Assembly (NCBI RefSeq): GCF_000011125.1
Contig: NC_000854.2
Location: 660,001-692,000, forward strand
DNA from: Aeropyrum pernix K1
Lineage (GTDB): Archaea; Thermoproteota; Thermoprotei_A; Sulfolobales; Acidilobaceae
Length of the DNA stretch: 32,000 bases
Direction of reading: 5' to 3'
Shown here: piece by piece, positions 24,768-32,000 of the stretch
How positions within the stretch are numbered: the first letter of the stretch is position 1
How the letters are laid out: each line of letters begins with the position of its first letter
Notes under the pieces: model-generated
Databases searched by the model: none
Told to the model about the DNA's origin: nothing
What the model saw: the letters and a program-made list of their open reading frames with translations, nothing else
Position numbers and translations under genes: made by a program

Positions 24768-25646
24768 ATGGCGGTTCTGGTGGATAGCGAGACGAGGGTT
24801 CTCGTCCAGGGCATAACAGGCAGGGAGGGCTCCTTCCACGCCAAGGCCATGCTTGAGTACGGCACCAAAGTGGTTGCCGGCGTGACCCCCGGGAAGGGTG
24901 GCAGCGAGGTCCACGGCGTCCCGGTGTACGATAGTGTGAAGGAGGCTCTGGCCGAGCACCCGGAGATAAACACGAGCATAGTATTCGTCCCAGCACCCTT
25001 CGCGCCGGACGCAGTCTACGAGGCGGTGGACGCGGGGATAAGGCTTGTGGTGGTGATAACCGAGGGCATTCCAGTCCACGACACCATGAGGTTCGTGAAC
25101 TACGCCAGGCAGAAGGGGGCCACCATCATAGGGCCGAACTGCCCCGGAGCCATAACCCCGGGCCAGGCCAAGGTGGGCATCATGCCGGGCCACATTTTCA
25201 AGGAGGGCGGTGTGGCCGTGGTCAGCAGGAGCGGGACCCTGACCTACGAGATAAGCTACATGCTGACAAGGCAGGGGATAGGCCAGTCCACGGTTATAGG
25301 GATAGGCGGCGACCCCATAGTAGGGCTGAGCTTCACAGAGGCCCTCAAGCTCTTCCAGGAGGACCCGCAGACGGAGGCCCTCGTGCTCATAGGCGAGATA
25401 GGCGGCGACATGGAGGAGAGGGCTGCGGAGATGATAAAGAAGGGGGAGTTCACCAAGCCCGTGATAGCCTACATAGCAGGGAGGACCGCCCCGCCGGAGA
25501 AGAGGATGGGCCACGCCGGGGCGATAATAATGATGGGCACGGGGACCTACGAGGGCAAGGTTAAGGCGCTTAGGGAGGCCGGCGTGGAGGTGGCGGAGAC
25601 GCCCTTCGAGGTGCCGGAGCTGGTTAGGAAGGCTCTGAGGAGGTAG
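24768..25646 (+). CDS. sucD: Succinyl-CoA synthetase alpha subunit
   Basis: [78 protein letters not shown] (catalytic His context). ATG 24768 preferred over the track's 24753. Confidence 0.96.
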   Translation: MAVLVDSETRVLVQGITGREGSFHAKAMLEYGTKVVAGVTPGKGGSEVHGVPVYDSVKEALAEHPEINTSIVFVPAPFAPDAVYEAVDAGIRLVVVITEGIPVHDTMRFVNYARQKGATIIGPNCPGAITPGQAKVGIMPGHIFKEGGVAVVSRSGTLTYEISYMLTRQGIGQSTVIGIGGDPIVGLSFTEALKLFQEDPQTEALVLIGEIGGDMEERAAEMIKKGEFTKPVIAYIAGRTAPPEKRMGHAGAIIMMGTGTYEGKVKALREAGVEVAETPFEVPELVRKALRR

Positions 25647-25670
25647 CGGGAGGCCGAGGTCCTCACCCGC

Positions 25671-27290
25671 CTACCCCCTCCCCCTTCTCCTCCTGCTCTG
25701 CAGCTCCTCCCCAGTCCCCCTTGCTATAACCTCGTAGAGGACAGCCCTCTTACCCTCCCCGGGCCTGAGGAGGCGGCCAAGCCTCTGTATGAACTGCCTC
25801 CTACTTCCTGTCCCCGAGACGAGTATGCCGACGTTTGCGTCGGGTATGTCGAGGCCCTCGTCCCCGACAGTGGTCACCACCAGTGCTCCAGCCTTTAGGG
25901 CCCTGAACTTGGCTAGGGTCGCCTCCCTCACCCTCCTCTCCAGCCCGCCGTGGAGGAGGAGCGCGCCTGTCCGCCTGGCTATCTCCTCGGCCTGCCTCCT
26001 GTACTGGGTGAACACTATCACCTTCGAGCCCCGGGAGAGCTCCTCCCTCACCAGCTTCTCGACAGCCCTGATCTTCGACTCGCTCAGCTGGACTATCTCC
26101 TTCATCCTCGTGTTCACCCTTATAGCCTCGATGGCTGTGGGGTCTCCCCTCCTCGCGTCCTCGAGTATCTTCTCGAAGCTCCTCCCCCGGGCCAGGATCC
26201 TGTACTTCCTCTTCAGGTCCTCGTAGAGCCTCTTCTCCTCCTCCTCCAGCTCCACCTTCACCCTCCTTATAACGAAGGGGGCTAGGTAGCCCTTCCTGGT
26301 CAGCTCGCCGGGGCTGCTGCTATACACAACACCGCCCACCAGGCTGTAGACCTCCTCGTGCCTCCCGTCCTCCCGCTCTATGGTGGCGGAGAGGCCCATC
26401 CTGTAGGGGGCTGGGCTGGCTGAGGCTATCCTCTTGAACTTGTCAGCGGGGATGTGGTGGGCCTCGTCGAACACTAGGAAGGGGAAGAGGGGGGCTAGCC
26501 TGTCTATGTGGCGGTACGCAGTCTGGTACGTGGTGACCGTTATCGGGGCTAGCCTCTTCTCCTCCCCGTAGTACGCCCCCACCAGGCTGTGGGCGTCTGT
26601 GAACCTCCTGAAGGCGTCTATCCACTGGCGGACGTGGTCCCTGGTGTAGACGACTATGAGGCTCCACACCCCAGCCCAGGCCACAGCGGCTATGGCCACT
26701 ACAGTCTTCCCCGCCCCCGTGGGCAGCACTATAACCCCCCGACCCCCCGCCTTCCTCCACGCCTCCAGAGCCTCCTCCTGGTAGTCCCTGAGCTCGCCTG
26801 TGAAGCGTACGGGCCGGGGGAGGCTGCGGGAGGAGGGGGGGAAGACCCTGTCCTCGACCTTGAGCCCCCTCCTCTCGAACGCCTCCCTGAGGCGGGGGTA
26901 CATTATGGGCGGCGCCCTGTAGGCCCTCGCCTCCCTGTCGTAGGGGAGGCTCAGCCCCTCCTCCTCCAGTATGGGCTTGAGCATGACCCTGCTGCTTATG
27001 TAGACCCAGCCGCCCCTCAGCTCCAGGACGACCCGGAGGGCCTCTTCGGCAGCCCTCTTGAGCGCCTCTAGATCCTCCTCCACCGCCACGCCCAGGTCCT
27101 CGAGGGACGCGATAGCGTCCCAGAGTGTGAGGCCGTTACCCCTCAGCCTCTCAGGGTCTATCCTGAAGAGCCCGTATCCCCTGTCCCTCCCGAGGTAGCG
27201 GGCGTAGCGCGAGATCTCCCCGAAGACTTCGTCGCTCAGCCACCCTCTAACCCTGAAGGTCAGCCTCCAAGGCCCCAGCTCCCTCTCCAC
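25671..27290 (-). CDS. XPB/RAD25-like superfamily 2 helicase
   Basis: LRDYQEEALEAW, LPTGAGKTVVA, LVFDEAHHIPADKF, MGLSATIEREDGRHEEVYSLVGGVVY, TTVGDEGLDIPDANVGILVSGTGSRRQFIQRLGRLLRP. Confidence 0.93.
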   Translation of the reverse strand: MERELGPWRLTFRVRGWLSDEVFGEISRYARYLGRDRGYGLFRIDPERLRGNGLTLWDAIASLEDLGVAVEEDLEALKRAAEEALRVVLELRGGWVYISSRVMLKPILEEEGLSLPYDREARAYRAPPIMYPRLREAFERRGLKVEDRVFPPSSRSLPRPVRFTGELRDYQEEALEAWRKAGGRGVIVLPTGAGKTVVAIAAVAWAGVWSLIVVYTRDHVRQWIDAFRRFTDAHSLVGAYYGEEKRLAPITVTTYQTAYRHIDRLAPLFPFLVFDEAHHIPADKFKRIASASPAPYRMGLSATIEREDGRHEEVYSLVGGVVYSSSPGELTRKGYLAPFVIRRVKVELEEEEKRLYEDLKRKYRILARGRSFEKILEDARRGDPTAIEAIRVNTRMKEIVQLSESKIRAVEKLVREELSRGSKVIVFTQYRRQAEEIARRTGALLLHGGLERRVREATLAKFRALKAGALVVTTVGDEGLDIPDANVGILVSGTGSRRQFIQRLGRLLRPGEGKRAVLYEVIARGTGEELQSRRRRGRG

Positions 27291-27297
27291 CCTCTAA

Positions 27298-27789
27298 TCA
27301 CCCCTGAGGCGACGGCGGCGCCGGCTCCAGCCCCTCAACACTCCACCCCTCCGGCTCGACCCCAAGCTTCTCAAGCGCCTTCTTGACCCTATAGGGCGGG
27401 TCTAGCGGTATTACTATCTCAACGCACCCCCTGTCCAGCGCGACCTTCGAGACCTCCGGCCAGTCAGCCGCCTTGAGGAGCCTGGGGCCCCACTCGTCGC
27501 CGCAGCCCCTAAGGACTAGGGCGGCCGCCGAGTAGCACTCGTCCTCCATGCTCCAGGATACGTGGTAGAAGACCTGTAGGCCGCCGGCGCTCGAGAGGCG
27601 TATGAGGGCCTCGTCCACCCCCATCTTCTCCAGGGCGGCGACGACGGCGTGCAGCTCCTCCTCGCCAGCATCTACCAGGGGGAGGCCGTCCTCGATACAG
27701 GGCCCGGCTTGATGCGTGGGTTCCAGCTCAACCCCGCCCCCCGCGGGTCGCCGCTTAACACTCGCCTCATCGCCGGGCCCCCGCTCCAT
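27298..27789 (-). CDS. Uncharacterised protein encoded immediately upstream of the XPB-like helicase
   Basis: 163 aa open frame ending 8 nt from the helicase start. The central part (ELHAVVAALEKMGVDEALIRLSSAGGLQVFYHVSWSMEDECYSAAALVLRGC...CVEIVIPLDPPYRVKKALEKLGV) looks like a real alpha/beta protein; N-terminus uncertain. Confidence 0.6.
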   Translation of the reverse strand: MERGPGDEASVKRRPAGGGVELEPTHQAGPCIEDGLPLVDAGEEELHAVVAALEKMGVDEALIRLSSAGGLQVFYHVSWSMEDECYSAAALVLRGCGDEWGPRLLKAADWPEVSKVALDRGCVEIVIPLDPPYRVKKALEKLGVEPEGWSVEGLEPAPPSPQG

Positions 27790-27923
27790 CTCGCCTCCTC
27801 TGTATAGGTTTATGGATCCCCGGGGGTGTTAAGGCTTGGCCACCGCCACACGGGTTTTGCGGCCCTCGTCCACACGATGTTATAGGGGCGCTACAGTTCA
27901 ACGCGGCATAAAGCGTCTGCCCC

Positions 27924-27930
27924 CTTATAT
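27924..27930 (+). promoter_or_regulatory. Putative archaeal TATA box of the HTH-phosphoribosyltransferase gene
   Basis: cttatat centred about 29 nt upstream of ATG 27956, typical for a leaderless crenarchaeal transcript. Confidence 0.5.
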
Positions 27931-27955
27931 CCCCCGTAGTCCCCGTGATTGTCTC

Positions 27956-28714
27956 ATGGGGTGCTGGACTATTACGCCTGCTAGGGGCCCGGCGGCGTGC
28001 CCCCCGGTGGAGGCGCCGCAGGGGGAGGCCAGGTATAGGGCGGCGCTTATACTGAGGTCTGCCAGGAGGTTCATGACTCTGAGGGAGCTCTCCGAGGTCC
28101 TCGGGCTCCCCGTCTCGGCTGTGTCTAGGTACTCGAACCTGAAGCTCCTCCCCAGCGTGGAGAGCGCTAGGAGGATAATTGAGGGGTTGCTCTCCAGGCC
28201 GGTCCTCTCGAGCATACTTATGAAGAGGATAACTGCCTCGAGGACGGGGCGGGAGGCCACGGTCTACGATATCTCCTCGGCGGCGGGGGACCCCGATATA
28301 CTACACCTTGTTGGGGAGTACGTGTGCGCGAGGTCTAGGGGCCTCTTCGACGCGATAGTAGCCCCGGAGGTGGGCGGGGTGACGTTCGCCACCGCGGTGG
28401 CCATGGTGTCGAGGAAGCCCCTCGCGATAGCCAGGAGAAGCAGGATGGGGTGGGAGAGGTTCGTGGAGATACCCGTCTACAGGGACCCGGCGACGGTGGA
28501 GTACTACTATCTAAACCTGGACTACCTCAGGGGTGTGGAGGCCGCGATTATAGTGGACGACTTCGGCGTCAGGGGCGCCACCCTAGCCGGGTTCGTCGAA
28601 GCCCTAGAGGGCCACGGCATTGAGGTGAAGGGTGTCTACCTGATGGTCGGTGTGGGGGGAGACTGGAGGAAGGCCCACCCGGCCGCGGAGGCCATACTCG
28701 AGATAGGGCTATAG
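27956..28714 (+). CDS. HTH-phosphoribosyltransferase fusion regulator (GfcR/PyrR-like orotate phosphoribosyltransferase homologue)
   Basis: N-terminal HTH (TLRELSEVLGLPVSAVSRYSNLKLLPS), then APEVGGVTFATAVA and PRPP-loop-like AAIIVDDFGVRGATLAGFVEALEG. TATA-like cttatat at 27924..27930 places transcription start near ATG 27956. Confidence 0.85.
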   Translation: MGCWTITPARGPAACPPVEAPQGEARYRAALILRSARRFMTLRELSEVLGLPVSAVSRYSNLKLLPSVESARRIIEGLLSRPVLSSILMKRITASRTGREATVYDISSAAGDPDILHLVGEYVCARSRGLFDAIVAPEVGGVTFATAVAMVSRKPLAIARRSRMGWERFVEIPVYRDPATVEYYYLNLDYLRGVEAAIIVDDFGVRGATLAGFVEALEGHGIEVKGVYLMVGVGGDWRKAHPAAEAILEIGL

Positions 28715-28867
28715 CATGGCCGGTGAGGGCGGCGTCAGTGAGGTCACCACTCGCCATCCCCCCGCGGGGCCGCGGGGGCCCTGGGGGGTGCTGCACTCGG
28801 CAAAGACATCATCCTGCCCCGTGTATATGGCTAGGAGGGGGCCCGGGGTATAAGGGTTGGCCCCCTG

Positions 28868-29806
28868 CTACCCTAGGAGCTGGTCCACGATCTTCTGGGG
28901 GTCGAAGGGCCTGAGGTCCTCGTACCTCTGGCCCGTGCCTATGTAGAGTATGGGCTTCCTTATGGCGTGGGCCACGGAGACTAGGGTGCCGCCCTTTGGG
29001 TCGGCGTCCACCTTGGTCACTATAACCCCGTCCACCCCGACAGCCTCGTCGAAGAGCCTCGCCTGCTCGACAGCGTCGTTACCGGTGAGGGAGTCGACCA
29101 CGAGTATCTTGTAGTCGGGCTTCACAACCCGGACTATCTTCCTCAGCTCCTCAACCAGGTTGCTGTCGACGTGCATCCTGCCGGCTGTGTCCACGAGGAC
29201 GGCGCAGAAGCCCCTTGACTCCGCATGCTTTACAGCGTCATATGCCACACTCGCCGGGTCGCCGCCGTATCGGCCCCGGACTATGGGGACGCCCAGCTTC
29301 TCCGCGTGGACGGCGAGCTGCTCCTGGGCGCCCGCCCTGAAGGTGTCGGCCGCGGCTATCACCGGCGTAACCCCGGCCTTCCTCAGCATGTACGCCACCT
29401 TCGCTATAGTCGTCGTCTTCCCCGTCCCGTTGACGCCCAGGAACAGTATGACCAGGGGCCTCCCGCCGCAGCGCCGCCTAGCCTCGGCTGCGAGGTCAGG
29501 CCTCGGCCCCGGGTCGAGCAGCGTTAGCAGCGCCTTCCTGAGGGCATCCCTGACAACCTTCTCCACGGGCTCGCCCCGCCTCACCCTGTAGCCCGTGAGC
29601 CCCTCCTTGACGCCCGCCACTATCGACTCCGCCGCCTCGAGGGCTACGTCGGACTCGACCAGGTCTATGAGGATATCGTCCAGCACCGGCTCGAGGTCCT
29701 CAGGCTTCAGCTCCTTGTAGGCGAGAGTGTCCACTATCCCCCGGGCTATGTGCTCTGAGGCCCTGTTTAGAGCCTCCCTAAGCCTCCCAAACAACCTCCT
29801 CGACAC
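28868..29806 (-). CDS. ftsY: Signal recognition particle receptor FtsY
   Basis: FLGVNGTGKTTTIAKVAYMLRKAG, AADTFRAGAQEQL, VDTAGRMH, TKVDADPKGGTLVSVAHAIRKPILYIGTGQRYEDLRPFDP. GTG start. Confidence 0.96.
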   Translation of the reverse strand: MSRRLFGRLREALNRASEHIARGIVDTLAYKELKPEDLEPVLDDILIDLVESDVALEAAESIVAGVKEGLTGYRVRRGEPVEKVVRDALRKALLTLLDPGPRPDLAAEARRRCGGRPLVILFLGVNGTGKTTTIAKVAYMLRKAGVTPVIAAADTFRAGAQEQLAVHAEKLGVPIVRGRYGGDPASVAYDAVKHAESRGFCAVLVDTAGRMHVDSNLVEELRKIVRVVKPDYKILVVDSLTGNDAVEQARLFDEAVGVDGVIVTKVDADPKGGTLVSVAHAIRKPILYIGTGQRYEDLRPFDPQKIVDQLLG

Positions 29807-29888
29807 ACCTCCGGATAACGTGTTCTAGGTAGGAGTGGGGGCGCGGGGTCCTGTGGCTGGGGACGGGGGAGGCTGGGGGCCCCCGGGT

Positions 29889-30353
29889 TTAGGAGCCCTG
29901 CTTCTGCTGCTGCCCCGCCTGCTGGGCGGCCTGGCCTGCGGTGAGGGCTTGAAGCAGCTGTAGGTACTGGTCGTGGGTCCTCGAGAGCTTGTCCAGCTCC
30001 TGCTTCAGCGTCTCTAGACTCCTTTTGAGGGCGTCCTCCTTCTTGGCCAGTATCTCGGTGGCCTTTGCCGTGTCGAGCTTGGCGTAGACGTTGAGGCCCA
30101 GGTGTACAATCGCCTTGCCCGGCTCCAGCAGCCTGGCCTTAAGTATCGTGTTGAGCTCGGGGTCACCGGGGAACAGGGTTTCCCCGTCCTGGCCGGCGGC
30201 CTTCTCCACGGTCTCCTTCGCCGCCTGCACGCTCCTGAGCCTGAGCTCGAGCTGGGCTAGGACGCCCTGGAGCTCGGCTATCTGGTCCCTTATCATCTGG
30301 AGCTGGGCGGCTATCTCCTCGGGGCTGGGCATCTGCTGCGCCACCATGTTCAC
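29889..30353 (-). CDS. pfdA: Prefoldin subunit alpha
   Basis: 154 aa with N- and C-terminal coiled coils around EDGETLFPGDPELNTILKARLLEPGKAIVHLGLNVYAKLDTAKATEI-type core; located between ftsY and the L18a/LX gene. Confidence 0.9.
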   Translation of the reverse strand: MNMVAQQMPSPEEIAAQLQMIRDQIAELQGVLAQLELRLRSVQAAKETVEKAAGQDGETLFPGDPELNTILKARLLEPGKAIVHLGLNVYAKLDTAKATEILAKKEDALKRSLETLKQELDKLSRTHDQYLQLLQALTAGQAAQQAGQQQKQGS

Positions 30354-30616
30354 CCCGTCTTGACGAAGCGCTCCAGCGAGGCCAGCCTTATTATGTTGAG
30401 GTCCTCAACCTCCCCGGGGTCCACCTCCTCCACGCTCCTAATCCTGATGTGCTTCCTCCTCAGCTTGTGCCTGCTCCCCAGGTCGGAGTAGACCTTCTCC
30501 AGTGCGTGCTCCCGCTTCAGAGCCCTAACATAGACCTCGAACTTCCTCCACTCCGGGTACCTGTCGTGGGATATGAGCATCTCACCCTTAACCCTATACA
30601 CCTTAACCTCGCTCAC
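30350..30616 (-). CDS. rpl18a: 50S ribosomal protein L18a/LX (L20a)
   Basis: [64 protein letters not shown]. Confidence 0.93.
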   Translation of the reverse strand: MSEVKVYRVKGEMLISHDRYPEWRKFEVYVRALKREHALEKVYSDLGSRHKLRRKHIRIRSVEEVDPGEVEDLNIIRLASLERFVKTG

Positions 30617-31314
30617 TTCACTCCACCTCCGAGGGCCACCTGTATACGCGCTATCTCGGGGCCCGTTGTATCCTCTCCAACCAGGGCCCCATAACTGTTC
30701 GCAACCAGGCCGGTCCTAACGAACTCGACCCCGAAGTTTATGGTGCCGGCCTCGAACGGCACCTTAAAAACGTCTGAGAGGAACTTGAGCTCCTCCTCGC
30801 TAGCGTCCGGGTGGGCCAGGCCTCCCCTGTTGGTCACCACTATAGCCGAGCCCACGGTGTAAACCCCCGCCACCGAGCCCTCGACAACCTCGACCCCCAG
30901 CGTGTCCGAGACGGTCTTCAAAGCCTCCTTCTCGAGCCCGGGCGAGGCTAGGCAGGCCCTGTCGTTGCAGACGATAACGTTACCGAGGGCGTTGCTCCTA
31001 GTGGGGACTATACCCACCTCAACACCCTCCAGCGCCTTCCTAACCAGCTCAACCTCCCTGTCAACACCCTCTGGCAGGAGGATCCCCCTGCTGTTGCCCG
31101 TGGTCAGCACGCCCACCAGCCTCATACCGAGAACCCTGAGCCTCACAACCCGCTCCATAGCCACCCCGAGGACCTCGGAGATAGTCCTGACATCGTCCGC
31201 CCCAATGTCGTCCGGGGCTAGCACGTAGGAGTCGGAGGCGGTTAGGTACACGCCTATATTAGGGTTGCCATAGAGGCTCAGCTTCTCCACGGTAAAGCTG
31301 CCGCCATTGCTCAT
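30613..31314 (-). CDS. eif6: Translation initiation factor aIF6
   Basis: [104 protein letters not shown] 31314 preferred over the track start at 31320. Confidence 0.96.
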   Translation of the reverse strand: MSNGGSFTVEKLSLYGNPNIGVYLTASDSYVLAPDDIGADDVRTISEVLGVAMERVVRLRVLGMRLVGVLTTGNSRGILLPEGVDREVELVRKALEGVEVGIVPTRSNALGNVIVCNDRACLASPGLEKEALKTVSDTLGVEVVEGSVAGVYTVGSAIVVTNRGGLAHPDASEEELKFLSDVFKVPFEAGTINFGVEFVRTGLVANSYGALVGEDTTGPEIARIQVALGGGVK

Positions 31315-31406
31315 CAACAACCACCTTCACACCAGCCATAGCGTTAACACGCTGGGGGCGGGGTTCCACCTGTGGCCCGGCATAGGCGTTGTAGGCGCCT
31401 GGGGGT

Positions 31407-31724
31407 TCAGCCCTTGTACCTGCCGGGCCTGAGCTTCCTGCCCGCCAGCCTTACTACCGCCTTCCTTATCCTCTCCCCACCCTCCTCCGGCTCCTCCTCT
31501 CTTATAGAGACTATTATCTTGACCCTCGCCGGCGGCTTCTCCCTACTCCTGCTCCAGATGTAGTTGTTCAGCTCGTTGTCGATGACGACCTCGTCCGCCT
31601 TGGTGTGGCGCCTGACGAACTCCCTCACCATCCTCACAGCCCTTATGGCCCTCCTAGTCCTCCTACCCCAGTATACGCGGCGGAGGTTTACCACGTAAAC
31701 CCAAGTCCCCTCGCTGGGCACCAC
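31407..31724 (-). CDS. rpl31e: 50S ribosomal protein L31e
   Basis: WVYVVNLRRVYWGRRTRRAIRAVRMVREFVRRHTKADEVVIDNELNNYIWSRSREKPPARVKI. Confidence 0.95.
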   Translation of the reverse strand: MVPSEGTWVYVVNLRRVYWGRRTRRAIRAVRMVREFVRRHTKADEVVIDNELNNYIWSRSREKPPARVKIIVSIREEEPEEGGERIRKAVVRLAGRKLRPGRYKG

Positions 31725-31739
31725 TCACCCACCCCCGGG

Positions 31740-31895
31740 CTAGACCTTCAGCTTGCTCCTCCTCCAGTGCCTCCTCAGGAGGTTGAACCTTATCCTCCTA
31801 CTCGTCCTTATGACCACCCAGACGGGTATGGCCCTGTTTGACTTGAGGGCTCTGGCGAGCCTGAGCTTCCTGCCCAGAGGCTTGTTCCTAGCCAT
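31740..31895 (-). CDS. rpl39e: 50S ribosomal protein L39e
   Basis: Below the ORF-track length cut-off. Manual translation gives MARNKPLGRKLRLARALKSNRAIPVWVVIRTSRRIRFNLLRRHWRRSKLKV*, 51 aa, a full-length L39e. Confidence 0.97.
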   Translation of the reverse strand: MARNKPLGRKLRLARALKSNRAIPVWVVIRTSRRIRFNLLRRHWRRSKLKV

Positions 31896-31946
31896 GCACC
31901 ACCCCCTCCGGGTTAGCCCTAGAGTCCAGCGGTTTTATTCTGCCAG

Positions 31947-32000
31947 CTACTTCCTCTTTATCCTTATCTCGAAGTCTCTCCTAGTGCTCCTGTCCAGCTC
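31947..32000 (-). CDS. C-terminal fragment of a basic protein, probably the PDCD5-family DNA-binding protein usually next to L39e
   Basis: Manual reverse translation gives ...ELDRSTRRDFEIRIKRK*, consistent with the basic C-terminus of archaeal PDCD5/TFAR19-like proteins and with conserved gene order. Only 17 residues visible. Confidence 0.5.
   Translation of the reverse strand, partial: ELDRSTRRDFEIRIKRK

Noticed and set aside
24630-25514. 294 aa minus-strand ORF opposite sucC/sucD
   Set aside because: Antisense to well-conserved SucC/SucD with no recognisable domain.
1-32000. CRISPR array, tRNA genes, transposon or restriction/defence islands
   Set aside because: By eye I found no regularly spaced direct repeats, no tRNA T-loop/acceptor pairing and no transposase, integrase, Cas or restriction motifs. 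tRNAscan-SE with intron and split-tRNA mode would be the decisive check.

Overview
This window is from a high-GC hyperthermophilic crenarchaeon, probably Aeropyrum/Desulfurococcales-like. That assignment is inferred from gene content, frequent TTG/GTG starts and archaeal TATA boxes. Most of it is dense housekeeping and transport sequence: TatD nuclease, archaeal LeuRS, a DapA-family enzyme, a CcmA/CcmB-like ABC pair, a VWA + MoxR pair, cytidine deaminase, SQR-like + DUF1641-like genes, nitroreductase, HtpX, an eIF2B-like protein, a BtuF/C/D-like importer, AMMECR1, TYW1, thioredoxin reductase, SucC/SucD, an XPB-like helicase, an HTH-phosphoribosyltransferase regulator, and the ftsY-pfdA-L18a/LX-aIF6-L31e-L39e cluster. 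I found no CRISPR array, transposon, tRNA or rRNA, and no clear multi-gene defence island. The points most worth a second look are: (1) an AT-rich, truncated type IV pilin-like gene on the minus strand at the left edge, missing from the ORF track; (2) a BtuF-like binding protein with a class-III-like N-terminus and a roughly 130-residue coiled-coil stalk; (3) a 330-nt divergent intergenic region with a strong hairpin; (4) a palindrome over the TYW1 start codon and tandem hairpins downstream of TYW1; (5) uncharacterised partners of XPB and thioredoxin reductase; and (6) an eIF2B-family protein lacking the catalytic-Cys motif.
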